From Deltaproteobacteria bacterium (GTDB lineage: Bacteria; SAR324; XYD2-FULL-50-16): a DNA stretch of 64,000 bases. The notes beneath the pieces are model-generated. The model was not told the DNA's origin, made no database searches, and worked only from the letters and a program-made list of their open reading frames with translations. Positions 27,307 to 37,436 of the stretch are shown here, one piece after another (the first letter of the stretch is position 1; each line of letters opens with the position of its first letter). The position numbers and the translations under genes were made by a program. The DNA lies in NCBI GenBank assembly GCA_018645005.1, contig JABGPJ010000110.1:9620-73619 (forward strand), given 5' to 3'.

Positions 27307-28750
27307 ACCCGCCACAGATGTCAGTCATTAACTGTGCGATATGAATGGAAGTCCGATCTTCCAGGTAGGGCGCGACGATCTGTATTCCTACTGGAAGATT
27401 CTGTGGCGTCAAGCCAACCGGGGCAATGGTTGATGGCAGGAAAACAACATTGGAGAGCCCAGCCCAGCCCATGACGTTTGTATAAGGTTCTTCGCGTTCA
27501 TTGATGGTCAAGGTTCGTTTAAACCAGGCACTATGGTCATGAGGGATAGCAACGACGCAGGTTGCAGGACACAGCAGGGCATCGAATTCTTGAAAAAAAT
27601 CCGCCCACTTCTCACGCAGCAATTGTCTCCGGCTGTCCGCCAGCAGCCAGTCACGATGACGCTGGATGGCTCCCTGGGTCTGAAGTGATTGATACTGGGT
27701 ATCGTCCGGTGAAAGCTGAGGCTCACGGTCAAGCCACCGCTGAAACACTTCTGGTTCAGCACCTGCACCCATCACGGCATTCAACAGCTGGATGAAAATC
27801 CGATAACTCTCTTCAAAACCAACATCCGGTCTTTTGTCCTCAATAGTCACACCAGCCTCGGCCAAGGCATCGACTGCATTCTGCAGACAGTCTCCAACAG
27901 CACTATCTACCGGGCAGATGGGATCATCCAGCCAGAGTCCAATTTTGTAGTCTTTCAACGCTTTTTTTCTTGCAGGTGGTAGTTGGATTTTCCAGGCTTT
28001 TCGATCCGGTATCTCTGGTCCGACGATCAGGTCCATCATCAACTGCAGATCTTCAGCGCTCCGGGCCAGGGGGCCATTTACGACAATGTCGGTATTAATG
28101 CCATAGTCCCCATTGAATAAACCTGGGATCGGGGGCAGCGTACCGTGATGGGGGACGATTCCGAAAGTGGATTTATGACCGTATATACCGCAGAAATTGG
28201 CGGGATGCCGGATGGATCCGCCGATGTCGTTGCCGATCTCCACTGCGGTCAGTCCTGCAGCGACGGATGCAGCCGAACCCCCGGACGATCCACCGGGTGT
28301 GCGATTCATGTCCCAGGGATTGTTGGTGGTACCATGCAGCGGGTTGTAGGTTTGAAAATCAGCCCCAAATGTTGGAAGATTGGTTTTTCCGAAAATGATA
28401 GCACCGGCGTCCACCAGTTTCTGAACCAACGGGGCGTTTCTCAATGGTTGATGATGCTCCAGGTCTTTTGAACCCGCGCTGCATGGCATACCCAGCACTT
28501 CGATGTTGTCTTTGATGGTCATCGGGAGTCCATGTAGTAACCCCCAGTTTTCACCGATCGAAGTTGCTCGGTCTGCTTTTTCAGCGCTTTCGCGAGCCTG
28601 GTCAAAGGCAGTGGTGATGATAGCGTTCAACTTTGGATTCAGCCGTTCATAACGTTGAATGTAACAGTCCAGCAGTTCTGTTGACGTAATCTCTTTTTCC
28701 CGAATCATGCGGGTCAACTCAACCGCAGATTTGAAAACAATATCAGCCAT
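27281..28750 (-). CDS. Amidase-signature family amidase
   Basis: 'GLPMTIKD', 'GKTNLP', 'TPGGSSGGS', 'GNDIGGSIRHPA'. Start re-called to ATG 28750. Overlaps the dxs 3' end by 26 nt. Confidence 0.92.
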   Translation of the reverse strand: MADIVFKSAVELTRMIREKEITSTELLDCYIQRYERLNPKLNAIITTAFDQARESAEKADRATSIGENWGLLHGLPMTIKDNIEVLGMPCSAGSKDLEHHQPLRNAPLVQKLVDAGAIIFGKTNLPTFGADFQTYNPLHGTTNNPWDMNRTPGGSSGGSAASVAAGLTAVEIGNDIGGSIRHPANFCGIYGHKSTFGIVPHHGTLPPIPGLFNGDYGINTDIVVNGPLARSAEDLQLMMDLIVGPEIPDRKAWKIQLPPARKKALKDYKIGLWLDDPICPVDSAVGDCLQNAVDALAEAGVTIEDKRPDVGFEESYRIFIQLLNAVMGAGAEPEVFQRWLDREPQLSPDDTQYQSLQTQGAIQRHRDWLLADSRRQLLREKWADFFQEFDALLCPATCVVAIPHDHSAWFKRTLTINEREEPYTNVMGWAGLSNVVFLPSTIAPVGLTPQNLPVGIQIVAPYLEDRTSIHIAQLMTDICGGFIPPPDFS

Positions 28751-28782
28751 TCTTCCTTTTTGATGAGAGTATTGGGGGGAAA

Positions 28783-30468
28783 TCAATCCCGTGTTAATTG
28801 ACGATATTTTATACGGTGTGGCTGATTTGCAGCCTCTCCCAGCCGTTTTTTTCTGTCGGCTTCATAATCTGAGTAATTTCCCTCAAACCAATTCACTTTG
28901 CTATTTCCTTCGAAGGCTAGAATATGAGTTGCTATGCGGTCGAGAAACCAGCGATCATGGCTGATAATCACAGCGCAGCCCGCAAAGTTTTCGAGAGCCT
29001 CCTCCAGTGCCCGCATGGTGTTGACATCCAGGTCGTTAGTGGGCTCATCGAGCAGAAGCACATTGGCTTCGGACTTCAGCATCTGGGCCAGGTGAACCCG
29101 GTTTCTTTCGCCACCGGATAAGATACCGACCTTTTTCTGCTGGTCTGATCCGGAAAAGTTGAAGCGGGAGACGTAGGCTCTGGAGTTAAGGGAGCGACTA
29201 CCGATCTGGATGAGGTCCTGGCCGCCTGAAATGACTTCCCAAATTGATTTGTCAGGATCCAGCGAGTCTCTTTCCTGATCAACATGTGCCAGTTTGACGC
29301 TTTCTCCGATATTAATCGTTCCAGCGTCCGGGTCTTCTTGACCGGTAATCATTTTGAAAAGCGTCGTTTTACCCGCGCCGTTAGGGCCGATGATCCCGAC
29401 GATTCCCCCAGGGGGGAGTGAGAACGTCATCTCCTCCACCAACAAATGCTCACCGAAGGATTTTTTGACCTCCTGACTTTCAATTACCATTTTTCCAAGA
29501 CGGGGTCCGGGTGGGATGAAAATCTCCAGATCCCTGGACAGCTTGTCGCTTTCCTGGTTCAGTAAAGATTCGTATGAACTTATCCTGGCTTTTGATTTTG
29601 CCCGTCTGCCTTTCGGAGACATGCGAATCCATTCCAGTTCTCGATGCAAAGTCTTCTGCCTTTCGCTTTCATGCTTCTCTTCCTGTTGCAGTCGGTTGCG
29701 TTTCTGCTCAAGCCAGGAAGAATAGTTCCCTTTCCATGGGATACCGTGCCCCCTATCCAGTTCCAAAATCCAGCCCGCCACATTATCAAGAAAATATCGA
29801 TCGTGGGTGACCGCAATGATGGTTCCGGCATAATTCTGAAGATGGATCTCCAACCAGGCTACGGTTTCAGCGTCAAGATGGTTGGTCGGTTCGTCCAATA
29901 AGAGAATATCGGGTTTTTGCAACAAAAGCCTGCAGAGGGCGACCCGCCTCTTTTCCCCACCGGAAATCACCCGGATGGGCGTATCCCCTTCAGGACAACG
30001 CAGGGCGTCCATAGCCATTTCCAAGCGGGAATCGAGATCCCAGGCATCCATGTTGTCGATTTTTTCCTGCACGGTCCCTTGTCTTTCAATCAAATCATTC
30101 ATTTCATCGTCCGACATGGGCTCTGCGAATTTCTCATTGATTTCGTTGAACTCTTTCATCAGGTCAACCGCTTCCTGGATCCCTTCCTCAACAATTTCTT
30201 TGACAGTTTTATTCTCATCCAGCTCGGGTTCCTGCTCCAGCAGACCCACGGTATGACCCGGACTCAGAATCGTCTCCCCATTGAATTCACTATCTTTTCC
30301 TGCCATAATGCGCAGCAATGAGCTTTTCCCGGACCCGTTCAAGCCGAGCACGCCGATTTTGGCTCCGTAAAAATAGGAGAGGGAGATATCCTTGATGACC
30401 TGTTTTTGATTGTGGAATTTATTTACACCTATCATTGAATAGATGATCTTATTCGGTTCAGCTGCCAT
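28783..30468 (-). CDS. ettA: Energy-dependent translational throttle ABC-F protein
   Basis: Two ABC cassettes; 'ISLSYFYGAKIGVLGLNGSGKS', 'ELEWIR.SPKGR.AKSKAR', 'PHRIKYRQL'. Confidence 0.95.
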   Translation of the reverse strand: MAAEPNKIIYSMIGVNKFHNQKQVIKDISLSYFYGAKIGVLGLNGSGKSSLLRIMAGKDSEFNGETILSPGHTVGLLEQEPELDENKTVKEIVEEGIQEAVDLMKEFNEINEKFAEPMSDDEMNDLIERQGTVQEKIDNMDAWDLDSRLEMAMDALRCPEGDTPIRVISGGEKRRVALCRLLLQKPDILLLDEPTNHLDAETVAWLEIHLQNYAGTIIAVTHDRYFLDNVAGWILELDRGHGIPWKGNYSSWLEQKRNRLQQEEKHESERQKTLHRELEWIRMSPKGRRAKSKARISSYESLLNQESDKLSRDLEIFIPPGPRLGKMVIESQEVKKSFGEHLLVEEMTFSLPPGGIVGIIGPNGAGKTTLFKMITGQEDPDAGTINIGESVKLAHVDQERDSLDPDKSIWEVISGGQDLIQIGSRSLNSRAYVSRFNFSGSDQQKKVGILSGGERNRVHLAQMLKSEANVLLLDEPTNDLDVNTMRALEEALENFAGCAVIISHDRWFLDRIATHILAFEGNSKVNWFEGNYSDYEADRKKRLGEAANQPHRIKYRQLTRD

Positions 30469-31050
30469 TTTGTTGAATCTCTCTCCTGTCAGGTTTTGGA
30501 CTTTTTAGTTGCCAAATGTAAGTTCCGGCATTGCAGTCTTTAGCCCCATTTCTATCAGAATAATTGAAAATTGAAAAGCGAATCCATTGGAACAAACCTC
30601 CGCGTCAAAACTATTGCAGGTCATATTTTTTGAAAATTTTACCCGGGAGTTCATCTGGTTTTTAAAATCACTGAAAAGTAAATGATAAATTGAGGGCTTT
30701 TCTCCTTCTGTTAACCCCATCAGTGGTTGCAGGAAGAGAATAAAAAACTATTATAACAGTCAATAATGAGAATTTATTTGATTTTATTGGTTCGACCGAA
30801 AAAAATTTGACAAACTATCATATCAGTCAGCGAATTGCCACACCAGGTTGAAATCGGACCTGTCGCAACTTGCACTTAGGGATCGTACAAAAATAACCTG
30901 GTAAAATCTGTCCGCAAAAGTCCCGTAAAGACTGGACATTTTGCAGACAAAATGCCAAGTAATTTTTGAGCCAACCCCCATTAATTTAACTGATTCATCA
31001 GAATACAGCCACCGGTTACAATTCCGTCAATACTTAAGAGATAGAGAAAA

Positions 31051-32469
31051 ATGTGTGGAGTTTTCGGCATCGTTGGTCATCCCCAAGCGAAACAATTTTT
31101 TCCAACTGTCCTGGCATCACTGCAGCATAGAGGACATGATGCCGCTGGCATGGCTGGATTTCTGACAGAAGGCCCGGTGTGTATTGAGACTGTCAAAGGC
31201 ATCGGTAAAGTTGCAACCGTCATCACAAAAGATGCATTAGAAAAATTTAAGGGGACCACATTCATCGGGCATACCCGTTATTCAACCAGAAACAAGGCCG
31301 GTTCCGTCAGGGAGATTCACCCTCACTGGGCGCAGAGCATGAGGGGGAAGCTGGCAATCGTGAGCAATGGTGATATTATCAATATTGAGGAACTGAAACA
31401 ACACGTCGCTTCCAAAGAAGTAAAAGTCTACACTTCCAATGATGCTGAAATGATCGCAACCCTGATCAATATACAGATTCGCAGGGCTGGCAAAAAGGTT
31501 TTTCAGGCCATTAAGGAAAGCATGAAGCAATTGAAAGGAGGATATGCTGCGTTGGTGATTATGGAGGATGACAACCGGATTTTTGCGTTCAGGGATCCTT
31601 GGGGAATTCGCCCCTTGCATGTGGGGGAATTTGTGATCAACGGTCAGAAGTGTGTGGCTTTTGCTTCTGAAACCTGTGCTTTTGATGTTATCCAGCGTTA
31701 TAATGAAGCCCGGTATCCGGAAAACAAAATCTCGTATACCCATCGTGAGGTGCTTCCCGGGGAAGTTGTTGCGGCAGATGCCAATGCCCTTGTGGAATCG
31801 TCCCTGTTCCAGAATCCGGCAGCTGACCGGATCGGATGTGTTTTTGAGGGGATCTATTTTTCAAGGCCTGACAGTCAGCAAAGAGGAGAATCCTTTCAGG
31901 TACTCCGGGAACGAATGGGTATGGAGTTGTTCAAGGAATCTCCGATTGATGCAGATATGGTCACATCCGTTCCCAAAGGGGGGATTCCATCAGCTGTCGG
32001 ATTCTCCAAGGTTTCGGGGCTACCTTATAGTATCTCGATACTTGAAGAACCCACTACGGGAGGCATACGATCCTTCACCACCAATTCTGACGAAAGACAA
32101 GCTCTGGCAACAATGAAGTATAATATCCTCCCGGATGTAGTTACAGGAAAGCGGTTGATTGTGATCGATGATTCCATCGTCAGGGGGACGACGACCCGTT
32201 TGTTGGTCCGTAATTTGTTCCGGGCTGGAGCCAAAGAGATTCATCTGCGTATCCCCTGCCCACCCTACAATTACCCTTGCCACTACGGCATCGCGACCCG
32301 CGATCCGGAAACACTGATTTCCCATAATCGGACTGTAGATGAAATCTGTCGAGAGATCGGGGCAACAACCCTGGCATACTTAAGTCTTGAGGGCCTGTAT
32401 CGGGCCATCGCCAAGCAGAGGACACAATTCTGTGACGAATGTCTATCTGGTCGCTCCCCACTTAACTGA
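31051..32469 (+). CDS. purF: Amidophosphoribosyltransferase (4Fe-4S type, divergent)
   Basis: N-terminal MCG; 'LQHRG', 'GHTRYST', 'DDSIVRGTT'; Cys ligands CVFE, CHYG, CDEC. Confidence 0.88.
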   Translation: MCGVFGIVGHPQAKQFFPTVLASLQHRGHDAAGMAGFLTEGPVCIETVKGIGKVATVITKDALEKFKGTTFIGHTRYSTRNKAGSVREIHPHWAQSMRGKLAIVSNGDIINIEELKQHVASKEVKVYTSNDAEMIATLINIQIRRAGKKVFQAIKESMKQLKGGYAALVIMEDDNRIFAFRDPWGIRPLHVGEFVINGQKCVAFASETCAFDVIQRYNEARYPENKISYTHREVLPGEVVAADANALVESSLFQNPAADRIGCVFEGIYFSRPDSQQRGESFQVLRERMGMELFKESPIDADMVTSVPKGGIPSAVGFSKVSGLPYSISILEEPTTGGIRSFTTNSDERQALATMKYNILPDVVTGKRLIVIDDSIVRGTTTRLLVRNLFRAGAKEIHLRIPCPPYNYPCHYGIATRDPETLISHNRTVDEICREIGATTLAYLSLEGLYRAIAKQRTQFCDECLSGRSPLN

Positions 32470-32702
32470 CCGGTTTAAGGAGGCGGTGTTTTGACTTGAT
32501 TTCCAGATCAACGTTCCGTCACGAAGGTCAATCGGGGCAGCGAGCCAGAAAATGAAAAACCTGAAATTTAGGAGATAGATTTGTATCTGTTCAGCTCACT
32601 TGCCAGATATCCGGCAAGCCCTTGGTAGTACTTTCACTCAACGCTGCCGCTTAACTTCCCTGAAGCACCACCAGTAGCTTGGCTTCATTGGTGTATTTGG
32701 CG

Positions 32703-32740
32703 AAAAAGGTGGATAGTTATTTAAATTTAACTATCCCCTG
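32703..32740 (-). terminator. Intrinsic terminator of the OMP gene
   Basis: Stem ggatagtta/taactatcc (32711-19/32728-36) followed on the minus strand by 'accttttt'. Confidence 0.55.
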
Positions 32741-32761
32741 AAATTGCAATTTGATCTATTC

Positions 32762-33850
32762 TTAAAAGTTCCAACCCAAATTAACCCGGTATCCTTTGGG
32801 TTCAAAGGTAATTTCGGTTCCATCTGTGAGAGATTTTGTTGTTTTAGCATTCCACATGTAGGCAGAAACTATCAGGCCTTCTTCCGGCATCCAACCCGCA
32901 CCAAAGAGTGTGATTTGAACTTTTTCTTCATCATCTAAAGCATCAAGATCCAGGCCACTGTCTGCAATATCATATTTTGAAGTTTCGCTGATGTAACTCA
33001 GTAAGACGTCGCCAAACTGGGCTTCAAGAGACATAGTGTTATAATCGGTTTTGTAGTGGCTGTGTGCGGTTTTTCCTGTTTCGGCGGCTTTTACGGATTC
33101 AGGAGACTGAATGATGGCATATTCTACCCTGAATCGGCTCTCGCCAGGGTCTCCAACCAATAAACCCAATCCAACGATTGTATTGGTCCAGGCATTATCA
33201 ACCGAGTCGGATCCGATGTCCGAGCTTTTTTTGATATCGACATTCTCCATCCCTCCTGCCACATAAAAAATATCCGCCAGTTTGAGTGACGCACTGACCA
33301 TAAGACCGGTTTCCGTCTCCTTTCCATCCACACTTGTGACTGGAGAAGAAAGGGGAATAGCACCAAGGACTGGGAGGATGAGGGATCCAGAAATTGTTTG
33401 CTCCTCTTTAGTTTCGTTTAATCGATATCCCAGTCCGACAGAGAGTGCTTCCCCAAAAACATATGCCAGATTCAACCGGTTTTCGGGTAGTTTCTGTTCA
33501 GTTTTAACTGCTTGATTTGGGATACCAGTTGCAATTGGAATATTCAGATCCACTTTTTTAGTGGTATCAGTTGACACAAACAATTCCAACCCGATCGCTT
33601 CACCTTTGAAAGCGGCGAGAACTGCAGGAATGCTTCCTCCAATTTCAACTTCACCGAGCTCAAAAGAGTCCGCTTTTACCTTACCTGTCGCAGAAAAAGC
33701 CTGTAGACCTACGGTACTCTTATCCCGCCATCCGGCTGCAGCAGAACTCTGGACTTTCATTGTACGATCCAGCAGTGGCGTCGCAACCTGAGCGCTGGCG
33801 CTCAAATAACTTAAAACCAGTAACATAGTTATCGTTAAACGTTTAATCAT
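32762..33850 (-). CDS. Outer-membrane beta-barrel (porin-like) protein
   Basis: Signal peptide (ASA-Q); amphipathic strands; ends GYRVNLGWNF. Confidence 0.75.
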   Translation of the reverse strand: MIKRLTITMLLVLSYLSASAQVATPLLDRTMKVQSSAAAGWRDKSTVGLQAFSATGKVKADSFELGEVEIGGSIPAVLAAFKGEAIGLELFVSTDTTKKVDLNIPIATGIPNQAVKTEQKLPENRLNLAYVFGEALSVGLGYRLNETKEEQTISGSLILPVLGAIPLSSPVTSVDGKETETGLMVSASLKLADIFYVAGGMENVDIKKSSDIGSDSVDNAWTNTIVGLGLLVGDPGESRFRVEYAIIQSPESVKAAETGKTAHSHYKTDYNTMSLEAQFGDVLLSYISETSKYDIADSGLDLDALDDEEKVQITLFGAGWMPEEGLIVSAYMWNAKTTKSLTDGTEITFEPKGYRVNLGWNF

Positions 33851-34317
33851 ATTTGCCTTTATAATGCAATTAAGGATAAAAGAGGAAAACTTTTCAAAGC
33901 ATTTCCTTTTGCTCAGAATACAAAATAAAATGCATGGAATATACCGCTACATCCAAAATATGGAATAATAAGTTATATTATAGATGGATATTATACTCCG
34001 TTGCGGACGTCTTCATTTGATTTATCTGACACCGTTCAGGAAACTCTGTGAAAGCTCAAGTGGATTTTTTTTGGCACTGACTATTCCCGGAGAGCCGCTG
34101 GCGAAGAGTAAGAAAACGATAATTTTGATTTGAAAGCGTTGTTTCACATTGAGAGTTTCAAAATTTGTTAAGTAAAAGAGAGTGATATAAAGATAACACA
34201 TGATCGGCTTGCATCTTTCATATCCCGGGTCCAATGTCAAGGTGTTGATTTGGAGGATCAGAAGGCAATGAGTTCGAGACGCCTTGCAGAACGATACAGG
34301 GGTAGGCAATCTACCAT

Positions 34318-34335
34318 ATGTCTGATATCAGACAT
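34318..34335. promoter_or_regulatory. Perfect 18-bp palindrome, candidate transcription-factor operator
   Basis: ATGTCTGATATCAGACAT in the 650-bp divergent intergenic region. Confidence 0.5.
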
Positions 34336-34501
34336 GTTTGAATTGATAAAATAGTTTGTATGGTTCAAGATGATAGAAAATATTAGACTATTCGAATGAA
34401 AGGAAGTATCCCCCCATTGCCCTACCAAATGAAAAAATTATCAGAGGATTTTTGCGAGGGGCGATGCGGGTATTTTATAAAACGAGCAGGGAGATTAGTT
34501 A

Positions 34502-34924
34502 ATGAGTAAAATGAACATCAGCGAAGCAGACGAAAGGGAGTTCACCAAGCTGATTGCAGATGATCTGGAAAGTGGTGCTCTGGAAAAAGTCATCGAACTG
34601 TTTCGATACAATAAGACTCTTTTCCTGGTTGTTGGCAACCTGTTGAGGGATGACCGCATGAGAGTTCGCCTGGGAGCAAATATGTTGATGGATGAACTCC
34701 TTGAGGAGAAACCGGATGATGTCAAACTGGCATTACCCCATATTCTGCCTTTGTTGCGGGATCAAAGTCCGACTATCCGAGGAGACGCAGCGGACATGCT
34801 TGGTATGATTGGCTCTGTTGAACATATTGGTTTACTCCAGGACCTTCTCAACGACAGTAATCATCAAGTGGTGGAAATCGCAACCGATGCGATTGATCTA
34901 ATTCATGAGAAAAACTCACCCTAA
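34502..34924 (+). CDS. HEAT-repeat protein
   Basis: 'LLRDDRMRVRLGA', 'LLRDQSPTIRGDAADMLG', 'LLNDSNHQVVEIA'; SD gggag. Confidence 0.8.
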   Translation: MSKMNISEADEREFTKLIADDLESGALEKVIELFRYNKTLFLVVGNLLRDDRMRVRLGANMLMDELLEEKPDDVKLALPHILPLLRDQSPTIRGDAADMLGMIGSVEHIGLLQDLLNDSNHQVVEIATDAIDLIHEKNSP

Positions 34925-34945
34925 CCAGTATCGATATAATTTCAC

Positions 34946-35461
34946 ATGCCTACATTAATGTTTCTGCATGGGATGGAGAGCAGCCCTCTGGGAACCAAAT
35001 CTCAGTTTATTAAAAGTCATTATCCGGACAGCCTGATTCCGGAACTGCCTCCGGATATCCACGAGCGGAAGTCGGTTATTGAGAAAATTGTCAAAAAATC
35101 CGTGCGTATCGTAGGATCTTCTCTAGGGGGTCTGAGCGCATTGCTTTATGCCATGTCTTTCCCGGAACGTGTTGAAGGTATGATTCTAATCGCGCCGGCT
35201 GTCGGATTTTTCGATCAGACAGTTTTCAATGAAAATGACAAGGCTTTGATCCGTCAGACCTGTATTCCTGCAGGTATCCCTTGTACGGTGATGATTGGGA
35301 AAAAAGACGATGTCATACCCCAGGCAGACATTGAGGCGATGATTGCGCGCTCACCCGACCAGGGAATAATCAAAGTCATCAAGCAGGATGATGATCATAC
35401 CCTGAACCAATCGCTGGATCTCTTGCTGATGGAGATTAAAGAGATGATGGCCAGGGATTGA
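34946..35461 (+). CDS. YqiA/UPF0227-like alpha/beta hydrolase
   Basis: 'FLHGMES', nucleophile 'GSSLGG', 'DDVIP', 'DDHTL'. Confidence 0.85.
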   Translation: MPTLMFLHGMESSPLGTKSQFIKSHYPDSLIPELPPDIHERKSVIEKIVKKSVRIVGSSLGGLSALLYAMSFPERVEGMILIAPAVGFFDQTVFNENDKALIRQTCIPAGIPCTVMIGKKDDVIPQADIEAMIARSPDQGIIKVIKQDDDHTLNQSLDLLLMEIKEMMARD

Positions 35462-35475
35462 ACAAGGATGGGTAG

Positions 35476-36438
35476 ATGAAGCTGATAGAAGAACGGCTCG
35501 ATAAAGTAAATGAGACCCTTGAAAAAGAATCTGCAGAATGGCGGCCTAAAGATCGAGAGGGCAGATCCGGCGGCCTCATTCTGTTACGTCAGGATATTCC
35601 AACTCTGATCGTTCCTGATTTGCACGGTCGGCGTAATTACCTGCCGGACTTGTTGCGTTACAAATTTAAAGATAAAACTGTTTTTGAACTTTTGAAAACA
35701 GACAGGATTCAGGTCGTCTGCGTCGGTGACGGGATGCATTCGGAAAGAAGAGGCAAGGAGAGGTGGCAGACCGCTTTTGCTGAGTATAAAAACGGGTTTG
35801 AAGATTGCCCGGCCATGACTGAGGAAATGACTGAGAATTTTCAGACGATGGCGATGGTCATGAAACTTAAAGTGGCGTTTCCACAACAGTTCCATTTTCT
35901 GAAAGGTAACCATGAGAACATTCTGGACGAAGCCGGTAATGGCAACCATCCGTTCAGAAAGTTCGCGGCTGAAGGACCTATGACGGCCTCTTATGTCAAA
36001 AAGTTCTATGGCGATGCTTTTTTAAACAGGTATGATCGATTTGAGAAGAATCTGCCGCTGTTGACCCGTGGCAAGTATTTTGTGATCACCCACGCTCGTC
36101 CCAAGAAAGTGTATTCGATAGATGAGGTGATCAATTTCCGGTCTGAACCCGCAGTGACCGAAGGACTCACCTGGACCCGCAGTCAGAATGCTGAGGAGGG
36201 AGCAATTCCGAGTATGCTGAACGAACTGATTGATAGCTCAATTACTCCCCGTTTCTGGTTTTGTGGACATACGTCCCTGAAAACCAGATACAAGTATTGG
36301 CCTGAGGACGCTTTGATCGAAATTCACAACCCTGACTTAAGGACTGTGGTAATCCTGGATCCGTTAGTGCTCTTTGATTTGGAACGGCATATTGTCGATC
36401 TTTCACAATCCGCCAACGAAGCCCACCAGCCTGAATAA
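35476..36438 (+). CDS. Calcineurin-like metallophosphoesterase
   Basis: 'DLHG', 'GDGMH', 'GNHE', 'THA', 'GHT'. Confidence 0.85.
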   Translation: MKLIEERLDKVNETLEKESAEWRPKDREGRSGGLILLRQDIPTLIVPDLHGRRNYLPDLLRYKFKDKTVFELLKTDRIQVVCVGDGMHSERRGKERWQTAFAEYKNGFEDCPAMTEEMTENFQTMAMVMKLKVAFPQQFHFLKGNHENILDEAGNGNHPFRKFAAEGPMTASYVKKFYGDAFLNRYDRFEKNLPLLTRGKYFVITHARPKKVYSIDEVINFRSEPAVTEGLTWTRSQNAEEGAIPSMLNELIDSSITPRFWFCGHTSLKTRYKYWPEDALIEIHNPDLRTVVILDPLVLFDLERHIVDLSQSANEAHQPE

Positions 36439-36623
36439 TGGTACTCTTTTGCACACTGGTAATTCAGTACATTTTTGATCAGCGGCGGATTTTTCCGCCT
36501 CTTACAAACACAGCTGACGAGTATATGTTAATCCTTTTAAAATAGTTAGATAGACTTTAAGAGATAATATGTAATCCGTAAAACAGGTCCTGATCGGCCT
36601 AATAAAAATTGGATTAAATTATC

Positions 36624-36645
36624 CAAATTGATTTAAATCAATTTG
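36624..36645. promoter_or_regulatory. Perfect 22-bp palindrome containing a consensus FNR box
   Basis: CAAATTGATTTAAATCAATTTG contains TTGAT-N4-ATCAA. Confidence 0.55.
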
Positions 36646-36863
36646 TTGTTGATTTCACCGCTTAAAAAAATGAGTTCTCTACCTGATTTGCCACTCAAGC
36701 AATATTAAAGGTATGTAAAACAACCTGTTCCGTACTAAATACTAGAAAACACGAAACTTTACAGAAAAAGCCTTGTCAAATGGGGCCGTCGATTTTCTAA
36801 TATACTAAAATTGCAGAAAAAAGTTTTTGATATGACTTTTTTTGTTTTTTAAAGAATATCTGC

Positions 36864-36892
36864 TTGCATTTTAAAAATAGCACTGATAATAT
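36864..36892 (+). promoter_or_regulatory. Candidate str-operon promoter
   Basis: TTGCAT-17 nt-TAATAT with extended TG. Confidence 0.45.
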
Positions 36893-37055
36893 CGGTTGAT
36901 TACGTCAAATTTATTTTCTGTTACTCTCAAGTGGCGGAGAAAACGTAAGGGAGTCTGTTAACTAATTAATATTTCATGTTATTCAGCTGTTCAGCAGGCA
37001 GCTGTTATCCCGGCCTGGGATTTTGGAAAATCAAATTTACTAAAGAAACCGAGAA

Positions 37056-37424
37056 ATGCCCACACTAAGTCAGTTGGTTCGAAAAGGTCGAAAGCGGATT
37101 CAGGTAAAAAACAATGTACCTGCTTTACAAGCGTGCCCTCAAAAACGAGGTGTCTGCACACGCGTCTACACAACAACCCCGAAGAAGCCGAACTCCGCTT
37201 TACGGAAAGTTGCACGGGTTCGTCTGACTAACGGAATGGAAGTAACATCCTATATTCCAGGTGTCGGGCATAATCTGCAGGAGCACTCTGTTGTTATGAT
37301 CCGGGGTGGTCGGGTAAAAGACTTACCAGGTGTAAGATATCATATTATCAGGGGAACGCTGGATACGCAGGGAGTTGATAGTCGAAAACAGGGCCGTTCC
37401 AAATACGGAACCAAAAAAGGATAA
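37056..37424 (+). CDS. rpsL: 30S ribosomal protein S12
   Basis: '[13 protein letters not shown]', '[12 protein letters not shown]'. Confidence 0.99.
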   Translation: MPTLSQLVRKGRKRIQVKNNVPALQACPQKRGVCTRVYTTTPKKPNSALRKVARVRLTNGMEVTSYIPGVGHNLQEHSVVMIRGGRVKDLPGVRYHIIRGTLDTQGVDSRKQGRSKYGTKKG

Positions 37425-37436
37425 GAGGATAGAGGC

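Noticed and set aside
30807-30960. Assignment as a known ZTP, PRPP (ykkC) or purine riboswitch, or 6S RNA
   Set aside because: Diagnostic consensus nucleotides were not found; kept only as an unnamed candidate structure.
34022-34309. 95-aa minus-strand ORF in the intergenic region
   Set aside because: TTG start, no recognisable motif or SD; probably spurious in AT-rich regulatory DNA.
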